64,000 bases of DNA, taken from positions 32,001 through 96,000 of the forward strand of contig CAWBEI010000002.1 in assembly GCA_963787835.1 (NCBI GenBank). Direction: 5' to 3'. A model generated the notes under the pieces. It did no database searches and was not told the origin of the DNA. It was given only the letters and a program-made list of their open reading frames with translations. The position numbers were made by a program, and so were the translations under genes. The DNA comes from Ignavibacteriota bacterium (GTDB lineage Bacteria > Bacteroidota > Ignavibacteria > Palsa-1295). This document shows, piece after piece, positions 47,322 through 56,808 of the stretch (positions are counted from its first letter, which is position 1; every line of letters begins with the position of its first letter).

Positions 47322-47461
47322 AAGGGATACGATGCTCAACCGAATAATAGCTCTTTATAGGAATGCCGAGAATGGGTGAGAAAGTTGCGCCGCGCCGGAC
47401 ATTCCTGTCACAAACCAAAAAATGTAGTGGACGAAAGTTCATATTTCATCGTTTACAGCGC

Positions 47462-47965
47462 ATGCTTGATCTTATAGAAACCTATTACGGATACAATTCC
47501 TGGGCCACGGACATACTGCTCACTTCATGCGAGGAGCTTCCTCTCGAAGAATACTATGAACTCGGTTGCAGCGGGCATGGCTCGATCGGCGACACCCTTT
47601 CGCACCTTGTTCTCGTCCAGGAAGGGTGGGTTACCTGGTTCGAGGGTGGAGTGGAAATGAAGGATGCCGTCACAGTGATGACAGGCGAAAAGCTACTCAC
47701 GCTTAACGATGTAAGAGAGCGATGGGAGATTGTAAATGATCGGACCAATCGATTTGTCGCAGGTCTTACCGATGAAGCCCTCAGAGAAATTCGCACCTTC
47801 ACTCGTTCAAACGGAAAGAAGGAATCGAAGCCGCTCTGGATGTTTATGCTACACACCGCTAACCATGGTTCGCATACACGAGCCCAAGTTGTTGCAGCGA
47901 TCCGGCGATCCGGGCATGCGCCTCAGAATATAGATCTCTTGAATTACATGTTGAACGTGGGATAA
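47462..47965 (+). CDS. DinB family protein
   Basis: YNSWA, SIGDTLSH, HTANHGSHTRAQ. Confidence 0.85.
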   Translation: MLDLIETYYGYNSWATDILLTSCEELPLEEYYELGCSGHGSIGDTLSHLVLVQEGWVTWFEGGVEMKDAVTVMTGEKLLTLNDVRERWEIVNDRTNRFVAGLTDEALREIRTFTRSNGKKESKPLWMFMLHTANHGSHTRAQVVAAIRRSGHAPQNIDLLNYMLNVG

Positions 47966-48242
47966 TGCGAGAAGATCGAATAACCCAGGCCAAACGGAAT
48001 ATGGCCGAACAACAAGAGGTTCTTCGTGACATGGGTCCCTACATGACACTTGGTATCCAGCTTGTCCTCACGATCCTCGTTTTTTTGGGATCGGGTATTG
48101 GCTGGATCAACATTTCAAGACCGGCTCTCTCTGGACAGCTATTTTCACAGGTTTTGGGGCGTTCGCGAGTCTAACCTATTTTATTGTCACCATAATTCAG
48201 CTTCAAAAAAAGGAAGACGCCAGAACCAAAAAAAGTGAATGA
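47965..48242 (+). pseudogene. AtpZ/AtpI-family protein with a frameshift in a T7 run
   Basis: Adding one T at 48080-48086 gives ..LGIQLVLTILVFFGIGYWLDQHFKT..TKKSE*, containing the GYWLD signature. Confidence 0.75.
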
Positions 48243-48390
48243 GTTGACGTTCATTTTTGAAACGAAATCAGAGTTAAAAGCATTTGGTGCGCGCGCCTGG
48301 GTAATGATGCCATAAAAGGGCATCCAGCATCTCTTTCTTGAAGCTAAAAAAGTAACAAAAAAGTGACTTTGCCGTATTTAGGCACACCAA

Positions 48391-48933
48391 TTGCATACTG
48401 GTTTGCAAACTGGTATCGCACAAGTACCAAATCACGCGAAGGAACACGCATTGAGCATTGACCCAAAATCCCAATTGACGACAAACGCCGCAGGTGCTCA
48501 GGCCGTATTGCCTGCTCCAAGGAATGTTGCCGACCTCCTGCTTAGTCAGGAAGCAAGCCGGTATTTTATCCAGCGGTATTTCCTTATGACTGGTGGTTTA
48601 TTGTTCGTTGGCTCCGTTCTCATGTATTCTTTTGCAAGCCCGGCTTTTATGAAGGGATGCTATTTCGGGATGGCGCTTCCGATCATTACGAGCTTTATTA
48701 GTTTTCTGGTTACGGAATGGGCGTTCGAGCAGCCAACCATGATGTTCATGATGGTTGCGATCATGAGCATGATCCTCCGAATGTTTAACCTGCTCCTTGC
48801 GTTTTGCGTCGGTTTCATTATTCTCAAAATGAATCCGGCGGGAGTGATCATCGGGTTGCTGGTAACCTATTTTTCCTATCTCACGATCGAGATCGCGTAC
48901 ATGCACAATAAAGGAAAAATTCTCGGACAGTAA
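48391..48933 (+). CDS. ATP synthase protein I-like 4-TM protein (start uncertain)
   Basis: Four hydrophobic helices; stop overlaps the atpB start (TAATG). Confidence 0.6.
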   Translation: MHTGLQTGIAQVPNHAKEHALSIDPKSQLTTNAAGAQAVLPAPRNVADLLLSQEASRYFIQRYFLMTGGLLFVGSVLMYSFASPAFMKGCYFGMALPIITSFISFLVTEWAFEQPTMMFMMVAIMSMILRMFNLLLAFCVGFIILKMNPAGVIIGLLVTYFSYLTIEIAYMHNKGKILGQ

Positions 48934-50069
48934 TGGCAGCAGACACCACCCTCGCCCAGACCCCCGCCACCGCTGCTCCTCAAGAAGCGGTAAAGGAGAA
49001 CTTTTTTAGTGAAGGATTCCGCGAGCTTGGCAATCACCATACGGTAAATTTCATGCCGATCGGTGAACTTCCTTTGCCCTACATTTTCTTCGATCAAGGA
49101 TCGCTTCATGTCTATGCAAGCGCGGAATCGATGAAAGAAAGCGGCGTGTACACCACAAACTTAGACCCAAAACTTGATTCTCTAAGGATTAGCCGCAGCC
49201 AACCTGATTCCAAGACCATAGAAACCTCACCATTAGCGGAAAAGGGATCGGCTGTTCGAGCTGTTGATGGGAAACCTGTCGGGCTCGATCTTTCTATCAC
49301 TTCGAATCTCTTTTTCTTAGGCTTTGCCGCTTTGATGCTCGTGATCGTTCTTCGCATTGCGGGGTCGAAAGCAAAAAAATCCCTGGTGCCGAGCGGGATC
49401 AGAAATCTGGTGGAAGTGCTGATCGTGTTCGTGCGTGATGATATCGTCATGCCCAACGTAGCGGAGCCGTATGGCTCAGCGCTTCTGCCCTATTTTTTGA
49501 CGGTCTTTTTCTTCATTTTATTTGCAAATCTTACAGGGCTTCTGCCCTGGGCACACACCCCAACCAGTTCTATCGAGGTAACCGCCGCGCTTGCGATATG
49601 TACCTTCGTTGTTACACAATTCGTCGGATTGTGGACGATGGGCGTTAAAACATTCCTGCTGCACTTAACGGCCGGCCTTCACGAAATGGATCTGCCGGTC
49701 GCCATGAAGGCGCTTCTGTTACTCATTATGGTTCCAATCGAGCTCATGGGGATCTTCACAAAGCCGTTCGCGCTGTGTGTTCGTCTGTTCGCCAATATGA
49801 GCGGAGGGCATATTATCATCATTTCGCTGATCTGTCTTGCCTTCCTATTCCATTCTGTTATCGTCGGCGCATTAGTGACGGTGCCATTCGGATTATTCGT
49901 TTATTTCCTTGAGCTTTTTGTTGCAACGTTGCAGGCGTATATTTTTACGATACTTTCCGCGCTGTTTATTGGCATGATGGTGCACTCCGATCATGAAGAA
50001 CATGTTAAAGACCATGACATGACTCATGCACACGATGCCAGCCATTCGATCGTAACCGCGCACATATAA
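48933..50069 (+). CDS. atpB: F0F1 ATP synthase subunit a
   Basis: KPFALCVRLFANMSGGH, ELFVATLQAYIF. Confidence 0.96.
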   Translation: MAADTTLAQTPATAAPQEAVKENFFSEGFRELGNHHTVNFMPIGELPLPYIFFDQGSLHVYASAESMKESGVYTTNLDPKLDSLRISRSQPDSKTIETSPLAEKGSAVRAVDGKPVGLDLSITSNLFFLGFAALMLVIVLRIAGSKAKKSLVPSGIRNLVEVLIVFVRDDIVMPNVAEPYGSALLPYFLTVFFFILFANLTGLLPWAHTPTSSIEVTAALAICTFVVTQFVGLWTMGVKTFLLHLTAGLHEMDLPVAMKALLLLIMVPIELMGIFTKPFALCVRLFANMSGGHIIIISLICLAFLFHSVIVGALVTVPFGLFVYFLELFVATLQAYIFTILSALFIGMMVHSDHEEHVKDHDMTHAHDASHSIVTAHI

Positions 50070-50118
50070 TTTTTTTAACAACGCATTTCATCACGTAATC
50101 AGAAAAACAAACTAAGAC

Positions 50119-50346
50119 ATGAACCCATCAGGATTAGCATTTTTGGGAGCAGGAGTTGGCGCAGGTATCGCAGTGCTTGGCGCAGGACAGGGCATCGGCA
50201 AGCTCGTAGCTTCCGCGATCGAATCGCAGGCGCGTCAGCCAGAGATGGCCAGCGGACTCCGCACCACGATGATCATCGGTGCAGCGCTTATCGAAGGTAT
50301 CGCCCTCTTCGCGCTCGTTATCTGCATTATTCTCGCCACCAAGTAA
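50119..50346 (+). CDS. atpE: F0F1 ATP synthase subunit c
   Basis: ARQPE loop; ALIEG carboxylate. Confidence 0.96.
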   Translation: MNPSGLAFLGAGVGAGIAVLGAGQGIGKLVASAIESQARQPEMASGLRTTMIIGAALIEGIALFALVICIILATK

Positions 50347-50363
50347 CGCGTAATGTAGCGCAC

Positions 50364-50423
50364 TGTAGCACAAATTTTAGTTTGTGATCCCGATGGGGGT
50401 CGCAAACTAAAGTTTGCGCTACA
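50364..50423. repeat. GTAG-type REP doublet between atpE and atpF
   Basis: TGTAGCACAAATTTTAGTTTGTGA ... TCGCAAACTAAAGTTTGCGCTACA. Confidence 0.8.
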
Positions 50424-50443
50424 TGCGATACAAATGAATAATT

Positions 50444-50938
50444 ATGCTTTCAATCAATCCCGGTTTGATGATCTGGACGTTCATCATCTTTCTGTTGCTT
50501 CTCGTTATTTTAGCGAAAGTAGCATGGAAGCCACTGCTCGCTTCTCTTAAAACACGAGAGAATGCTATTGCCGATTCGCTATCTCGCGCCGAGCAGGCTC
50601 GCTCCGATGCCGAACGTTTGATCGCCGAAAACAAGCAGGAACGCGTAAAGGCGGAAGAGGAAGTCCAAAAAGCCCTGCGCGAAGGCCGCATCTATGCCGA
50701 ACAAATGCGGCACGATCTGGTCGAGAAGGCCAAGGAAGAAGCCGAGAGAATGCTCACGCAAGCACGCGGCGAGATTGAACGCGATACCCAGCGGGCATTG
50801 CGCCAGCTACGGGAGGAAGTAGCCGATCTTGCTGTTATGGCAACATCGAAACTGCTCGACGAAAACATGAACGAAGAGCGGCATCGTAAAATGGTGGATA
50901 AAATGATCGCCGAAATATCGACGGTCCCCCAATCTTAG
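50444..50938 (+). CDS. atpF: F0F1 ATP synthase subunit b
   Basis: N-terminal TM helix, AWKP..RE..I, coiled coil; operon position. Confidence 0.93.
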   Translation: MLSINPGLMIWTFIIFLLLLVILAKVAWKPLLASLKTRENAIADSLSRAEQARSDAERLIAENKQERVKAEEEVQKALREGRIYAEQMRHDLVEKAKEEAERMLTQARGEIERDTQRALRQLREEVADLAVMATSKLLDENMNEERHRKMVDKMIAEISTVPQS

Positions 50939-50947
50939 GAGCATACT

Positions 50948-51502
50948 ATGAACCGAAGAGTTGCAGCCCGTTATGCTATTGCGTTAATGGATCTTGGTGA
51001 AGAGCTTAATGTGCTCGAACAGGTCGCGGAGGATCTCCGCGACATTGAACGCACCGTTCATGCCTCGCGCGAACTCGAACTTGTGCTGTTAAGTCCGGTC
51101 ATTACTCCCGGACAGAAGTTAACTATTCTTACAGAGATCTTTGGTCGCAGTTGCGGCGAGATGACCATGAAGTTCATCACGCTGCTGGTGCGCAAGGGCC
51201 GATCGGAATATCTGGTCGCCACGGCTCAGGAATTCCTTCAGATGCTCGACGCAAAGAATAATATCACGGACGCTCGCATCGAAAGCGCTGTCAGGCTTTC
51301 GGAAGAGGAGCAGCGTCAGCTCATCGCAAAGCTCGAACGCATGACCGGCAAGAGTGTACGTCCTGAATTTAACCTTGACCCCACGCTTCGCGGGGGTTTT
51401 GTCGCTCGTATTGGCGATGAGATGATCGATGCAAGTCTGAAGCGGCAGCTCGAACTTCTGCGAGAACAATTTTCGCAAGGCGGTTCGCCTGTTTTGAACT
51501 GA
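50948..51502 (+). CDS. atpH: F0F1 ATP synthase subunit delta
   Basis: VAARYA.AL, DP.L.GGF..IDAS. Confidence 0.93.
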   Translation: MNRRVAARYAIALMDLGEELNVLEQVAEDLRDIERTVHASRELELVLLSPVITPGQKLTILTEIFGRSCGEMTMKFITLLVRKGRSEYLVATAQEFLQMLDAKNNITDARIESAVRLSEEEQRQLIAKLERMTGKSVRPEFNLDPTLRGGFVARIGDEMIDASLKRQLELLREQFSQGGSPVLN

Positions 51503-51530
51503 GCAAACTTTGTTCATTGAAAATCAGAGG

Positions 51531-52355
51531 ATGGTACGGAAGGTAGCTACGCTGGCGATGCTGCTCATCTCCAGTTCGCTGATGGCCCAGCCATCGACTC
51601 CAACGCCGAATGAGCCTCGCATGCATCTGAGTACTGTGCCAACACAGGCATTTCATCCAACTTGTAATCTCGATTCTAATTCGGTTGCTTTTTATTTTTT
51701 TCCGGCCAATCTCGGCGCAAGATGGACCATGCGAACCATCTCGCAGATCCTGGATATCAACAGTAACGTATTGAGGGCCGATACCACCTTTAGTTTCGAA
51801 CGGATCATCTCCGACTCCAACCGCACGCTTCAGGGCTTGCCCATCTTACAGTGTGAATCGTCGATGCCATATCATGCTGGCGGAGAGGATACCGTAAAAC
51901 GGCAGATCGTAGAATATTATGTGGATGATTCGGTGGTCATGACGGTCTTTAATCATTCGAGCATGAGCGCATTGAATCATACGTTGCTCGTGAATCCACT
52001 CCGAATGGGAAATTCGTGGAAAGATGACGAGGACGATACCATTCGCACTAGCGTTATCGCGACCGAAGAACCCGTTTCCACACCGCTTGGAGATTTCTCA
52101 AAATCGTTAGTCGTTCAGACTCCGGCGCGGTTTGGAGAAATGTCGAAATATTTTGTAAAAGGCATTGGGATCGTTAAGATCGTTTTTAGAGGAATTCGCC
52201 CGCAGCAGGATGGAACCTTCGTTGTCACATCGGAACTCGTCGCGCTGGATCGTGGCGATCCCAAACGAAGCATTAAGTATCGGTTTCAGGCTGGGAATGC
52301 TCGGAAATCCTCTGCCCATAAGTTGAAAAAGAAGAAATCAGCAGTAACACAGTAA
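51531..52355 (+). CDS. Secreted beta-rich hypothetical protein inserted in the atp operon
   Basis: Signal peptide; FFP..G..W and TPLGDF..YFVKGIGIVK motifs. Confidence 0.65.
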   Translation: MVRKVATLAMLLISSSLMAQPSTPTPNEPRMHLSTVPTQAFHPTCNLDSNSVAFYFFPANLGARWTMRTISQILDINSNVLRADTTFSFERIISDSNRTLQGLPILQCESSMPYHAGGEDTVKRQIVEYYVDDSVVMTVFNHSSMSALNHTLLVNPLRMGNSWKDDEDDTIRTSVIATEEPVSTPLGDFSKSLVVQTPARFGEMSKYFVKGIGIVKIVFRGIRPQQDGTFVVTSELVALDRGDPKRSIKYRFQAGNARKSSAHKLKKKKSAVTQ

Positions 52356-52365
52356 GAAATAAATT

Positions 52366-53907
52366 ATGTCATCAGTACGTCCGGATGAAGTAAGTGCGAT
52401 CCTGCGTCAGCAGTTATCGGGATTCGAAAAAGAAGTCGATATTTATGAAGTCGGCACCGTCCTTATGGTCGGTGATGGCGTCGCTCGTGTCTATGGCCTT
52501 ACCAAGGTTATGGCGAGCGAGCTGCTCGAATTCCCTAATGGTGTGTATGGGATGGCGCTCAACCTCGAAGAGGATAATGTGGGTGCTGTTCTTTTTGGCG
52601 ATGAAACCCTCGTCAAAGAGGGCGATACAGTTCGCCGAACGGGTCGTATTGCATCCATGCCCGTAACCGATGACATGCTTGGGCGCGTCATCAATCCACT
52701 TGGCATTCCGATCGATGGAGGAGCGGAAATTAAAAGTGATAAGTATCTTCCCATCGAGCGTAAGGCGCTTGGTGTTATGCAACGCCAGCCGGTTAAAGAA
52801 CCACTTCAGACTGGGATTAAAGCTATCGACGGCATGATCCCTATTGGCCGTGGCCAGCGCGAGCTCATCATTGGCGACCGTCAAACTGGAAAGACCGCTG
52901 TCGCCATCGATACGATCATCAATCAGCGTTCTACGCATACACCAGAAGCGGCAGCTCGTGGCGTCCAACCCGTTTATTGTATCTACGTTGCTATTGGTCA
53001 AAAGGCATCGACGGTTGCTTCCGTCCGCACGAAGCTTGAAGAGCACGGCGCGATGGGTTTCACAACGATCATCGCTGCTACGGCATCCGATCCCGCGCCT
53101 CTCCAATTTATCGCTCCGTATTCTGGCGCAACGCTTGGCGAGCATTTCCGCGATACCGGACGTCATGCGCTTGTGGTGTTCGATGATCTTTCGAAGCAAG
53201 CTGCCGCATACCGCGAAGTTTCGCTTCTACTGCGCCGCCCACCGGGACGCGAAGCTTATCCTGGCGATGTATTTTATCTTCACTCACGCCTGCTCGAACG
53301 TGCCTCGAAGCTTTCTGCCGATCTCGGTGGCGGCTCGCTTACGGCGCTTCCGATCATCGAAACGCAGGCGGGTGACGTATCAGCTTACATCCCAACGAAC
53401 GTTATTTCGATCACGGATGGCCAGATCTATCTGGAACCCAATCTTTTTAACGCTGGCGTTCGGCCCGCCATCAACGTAGGAATTTCCGTTTCACGCGTGG
53501 GTGGTAATGCTCAGATCAAGGCGATGAAAAAAGTCGCTGGAACGCTCCGACTCGATCTTGCACAGTATCGCGAGCTCGAAGCCTTTGCAAAGTTTGGCTC
53601 GGATCTCGATAAAGCTACCCAACAGATGCTCCGACGCGGTCAACGCCTCGTAGAACTGCTAAAGCAAGGCCAATACCAACCTATGCCTGTTGAAGAGCAG
53701 GTGGTGGTGGTTTACGCAGGTACGAACGGTTATATCGATGCGATTTCCGTTGAGAACGTGCGCCGCTTCGAGATTGGACTTCTTGAAGCCATGCGCCTGC
53801 GCCATGCTGACCTGTTGGCCGCCATTGCAGATAAAAAAGAGCTGACTCCGGAAATCGTCCAACAACTCAAAAAAGTTATTGGCGATTACGCTACAAACTT
53901 TAAATAA
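52366..53907 (+). CDS. atpA: F0F1 ATP synthase subunit alpha
   Basis: [32 protein letters not shown]. Confidence 0.98.
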   Translation: MSSVRPDEVSAILRQQLSGFEKEVDIYEVGTVLMVGDGVARVYGLTKVMASELLEFPNGVYGMALNLEEDNVGAVLFGDETLVKEGDTVRRTGRIASMPVTDDMLGRVINPLGIPIDGGAEIKSDKYLPIERKALGVMQRQPVKEPLQTGIKAIDGMIPIGRGQRELIIGDRQTGKTAVAIDTIINQRSTHTPEAAARGVQPVYCIYVAIGQKASTVASVRTKLEEHGAMGFTTIIAATASDPAPLQFIAPYSGATLGEHFRDTGRHALVVFDDLSKQAAAYREVSLLLRRPPGREAYPGDVFYLHSRLLERASKLSADLGGGSLTALPIIETQAGDVSAYIPTNVISITDGQIYLEPNLFNAGVRPAINVGISVSRVGGNAQIKAMKKVAGTLRLDLAQYRELEAFAKFGSDLDKATQQMLRRGQRLVELLKQGQYQPMPVEEQVVVVYAGTNGYIDAISVENVRRFEIGLLEAMRLRHADLLAAIADKKELTPEIVQQLKKVIGDYATNFK

Positions 53908-53989
53908 TTGATGATACGGTGAAGCGTTGCTTGCACCCTATTGCTTTTTACGCTACTTTTGACGTGCTCGGGTGTTTCTTGTAAGGTAA

Positions 53990-55165
53990 TTGAATACTTC
54001 TAATTACCGATCCCAGCTCCCCCCAGCACTGATAAGAGCGTTCGTTCTTTGGCAGATGATCTTTGTGTGCGTGATCGCGGGCTTATCCCCTGCGTACTCG
54101 CAGCAACCTGATACCACCCATGCGCATGTGCCGCTTCGTGCTGATACAGCGCGTCAAGTAATCTTTCCTACAACGGGCACGGGAATGTTCCTTCCGAAAC
54201 CTCAGCGAACCATCGATCTGGCACTTACCGGAGGAGCTGGATATTACCGTGAAGGCGCGATCTCAGAATTTCAGCCATCTGCTAATGCTGATTTCTTCGC
54301 ACGAACGAGCGATCTCGATTTTTCCGTAGGGGCTCATTGGGGATTTTCCGATCCTTCCACGAAAGCGCTTACGCTTGGGCTTCGATTTCCGATCAAGGAG
54401 TCAGAGGATATGTCCTCAGGTTTTTATGCTGATGCCGATCTCATGTTCATCGACAACGGCGAAGATTCCGGATCGTTTTCGACCGGCCTTCGCGCTGCAC
54501 TTGCTGCCAGAACCGGAGCACTGGAATTGCGTGTCGTCGGAGAGATCCAACGATTTCCGTTTGGCGGTGACCAATTTCAGGCGTGGGGTGGAATCGAGTT
54601 GGGCTTCGTAATGAATCTTCTTCGTGAAGAAATTTCGGAACCAACTCCAAAAGATTCTCTTCGTCAGGCGTTGCGCTATATCGCAACTTCGGATGAATTA
54701 GAACAATTAGACAAAGCACAAACGAGCACGGAGATAGATCAATGGCTCGACCGGTTTTGGCAAGCAAGGAATGTGACGGGGTCTCCTCGAAACGATGCAC
54801 GGGCAGAATACATGCAGCGGGTTCGCACCGCGAATGAGAAATATGGTACGCCCCGCACGATGGGAGTCTCGACAGATCGAGGCCGCGTCCTGCTTCTATA
54901 TGGCAAACCTGACCGAATAGAAACCGCCAACTCGGTAAACGGACCAGATCGAAGGTTTGAATTATGGATCGATGAAAACCGTGTGCAGGGACATCAGATA
55001 GCGTTCTTCCTTTTCGTTTCGTCGCAATTCAGTGCCGCGAAAGGAATTTACGAAGGCCACGGAGATTATCGAGAGATCTATTCGAATGTTGGAGGAGAGC
55101 CTTCGGATGGTTTACCATCTGATCTTCCAGCCTCGATGCAGAATTATATTGAAGGATTTAGATAG
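53990..55165 (+). CDS. GWxTD-domain protein with N-terminal beta-barrel-like region
   Basis: FW..R..P.N..R.EY..RV..AN..Y..GVSTDRGRV...YGKPD; TACTTTTG promoter-like site at 53954-53961; start uncertain. Confidence 0.72.
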   Translation: MNTSNYRSQLPPALIRAFVLWQMIFVCVIAGLSPAYSQQPDTTHAHVPLRADTARQVIFPTTGTGMFLPKPQRTIDLALTGGAGYYREGAISEFQPSANADFFARTSDLDFSVGAHWGFSDPSTKALTLGLRFPIKESEDMSSGFYADADLMFIDNGEDSGSFSTGLRAALAARTGALELRVVGEIQRFPFGGDQFQAWGGIELGFVMNLLREEISEPTPKDSLRQALRYIATSDELEQLDKAQTSTEIDQWLDRFWQARNVTGSPRNDARAEYMQRVRTANEKYGTPRTMGVSTDRGRVLLLYGKPDRIETANSVNGPDRRFELWIDENRVQGHQIAFFLFVSSQFSAAKGIYEGHGDYREIYSNVGGEPSDGLPSDLPASMQNYIEGFR

Positions 55166-55175
55166 CAAATTTTAA

Positions 55176-56075
55176 ATGGCTACATTACGTGAGATAAGAC
55201 GCCGCATTGCTGGCGTACGTTCGACAGCTAAGATCACGCAGGCGATGAAAATGGTCGCCGCCGCAAAACTGCGGCGTGCGCAGGATGCGATAGGCGCTGC
55301 GCGCCCATACGCAAAAGCTCTCGAAGGACTGCTAAAAGATCTTCTGCAATCGGCAACACTCGAATCTGCTCAATCGCCGCTTCTCATTGGCCGCCCTCAG
55401 GATGAAAAAGAGCGCGTAGTGCTCGTTGTAGTAACCAGCGATCGCGGACTTGCTGGAGCATTCAACTCCAATCTGCTTAAATTTACGGAAGCGCGCATTC
55501 GCGATCAATTCGCTGAGCACAAGGCATCAGGCAGGCTTTCGATCGTCCCTTTAGGACGGAAAGCTACCGAATATTTCACGAAGCGCGGATATTCCATAGC
55601 AGGGAAATATCCCGGCATTTTCTCGAAGCTCGAATTTGACATTGCTCGCACGATCACGCTTTTTGTCACGAGCCTTTATAATCGGGCCGAAGCCGATCGC
55701 GTGGAAATTATATTCAACGAATTTCGCTCCGTTGTTTCGCAAAAGCCCATTGCCGAGCGGCTTTTACCCGTGCTTGATCCCTCCGGCTTCGTAGAAGGAA
55801 AAAAGACCGAGCGCGATTATATTTACGAGCCAGATCCTATTTCCATCCTAAACGTACTTGTTCCACGCCATCTCGAAACCATGCTCTGGCGCTCGATGCT
55901 GGAATCCAACGCAGCCGAACAAGGCGCGCGCATGACGGCAATGGATTCTGCCACGCGCAATGCGAAGGACCTCGCAGCGGCGCTGCAATTATCCTTCAAT
56001 AAGGCGCGTCAGGCAGCGATCACGAAAGAAATTTTGGAGATCGTTGGCGGTGCGGAAGCGTTGGCGAAGGGATAG
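55176..56075 (+). CDS. atpG: F0F1 ATP synthase subunit gamma
   Basis: KITQAMKMVAAAK, SDRGLAG, ARMTAM, RQAAITKEI. Confidence 0.97.
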   Translation: MATLREIRRRIAGVRSTAKITQAMKMVAAAKLRRAQDAIGAARPYAKALEGLLKDLLQSATLESAQSPLLIGRPQDEKERVVLVVVTSDRGLAGAFNSNLLKFTEARIRDQFAEHKASGRLSIVPLGRKATEYFTKRGYSIAGKYPGIFSKLEFDIARTITLFVTSLYNRAEADRVEIIFNEFRSVVSQKPIAERLLPVLDPSGFVEGKKTERDYIYEPDPISILNVLVPRHLETMLWRSMLESNAAEQGARMTAMDSATRNAKDLAAALQLSFNKARQAAITKEILEIVGGAEALAKG

Positions 56076-56115
56076 TCAGAACCTGGATTACGCGGATTAA
56101 AACGGATTACGCGGA
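56075..56115. repeat. Partial GTCWGAACC-family repeat
   Basis: GTCAGAACCTGGATT, then GGATTACGCGGA twice. Confidence 0.5.
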
Positions 56116-56121
56116 CGATTT

Positions 56122-56808
56122 TTGGATTATTCAAATCTTGAAGTAGTCGAAAAACGGATTGCAGGTGCTTGTGAGCGCGCTGGTAGAATGCGTCATTCAG
56201 TTCTAATTCTTCCCGTCTCCAAAACTCAACCTACTGATGCGATCCGCGCGTTTTACGACCTTGGGTTCCGCGATTTCGGGGAAAGTCGCGTGCAGGAACT
56301 TCTAAAAAAGCGTGATGAACTACCCTCCGATATTCGCTGGCATTTCATCGGCCACCTTCAATCGAATAAAGCGAAATATATTGCGCCATTCGTCCACACC
56401 GTCCATTCCATCCACAATCTAGGAATCGCACGAGAGCTTTCTAAAAGAGCGGAAGAATCGGGCCGAACCATAAAAGTATTGATAGAAATAAATATCAGTG
56501 TCGAAGAACAAAAGCAAGGTGCAGCACCCGACAACACCGAATCGATGGCGCTTGAAATTGTAAAGACCTGCCCAAACCTATTACTTTCTGGTCTCATGGG
56601 CATGGCTTCGGAAGAAGATGATGTCGAGAGAACCCGTCCGCAATTCCACCTGCTTCGCGAACTGCGAGAGGAAATTCAGGAACGACATCCAGAGTTAACA
56701 AGCTTTACCGAGCTATCCATGGGCATGTCGAACGATTTTGAAATAGCCATTGAAGAAGGCGCGACGATCGTCCGCATTGGGAGTGCATTGTTTGGGGAAC
56801 GGGAATAA
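56122..56808 (+). CDS. yggS: PLP homeostasis protein YggS
   Basis: VSKT, FGE, WHFIGHLQSNK, LSMGMSNDF, VRIGSALFG. Confidence 0.93.
   Translation: MDYSNLEVVEKRIAGACERAGRMRHSVLILPVSKTQPTDAIRAFYDLGFRDFGESRVQELLKKRDELPSDIRWHFIGHLQSNKAKYIAPFVHTVHSIHNLGIARELSKRAEESGRTIKVLIEINISVEEQKQGAAPDNTESMALEIVKTCPNLLLSGLMGMASEEDDVERTRPQFHLLRELREEIQERHPELTSFTELSMGMSNDFEIAIEEGATIVRIGSALFGERE

Noticed and set aside
50119-50346. Na+-coupled c-ring, suggested by a GQG motif
   Set aside because: The Gln is two positions off the Na+-ligand site, and the Glu is followed by GI rather than S/T
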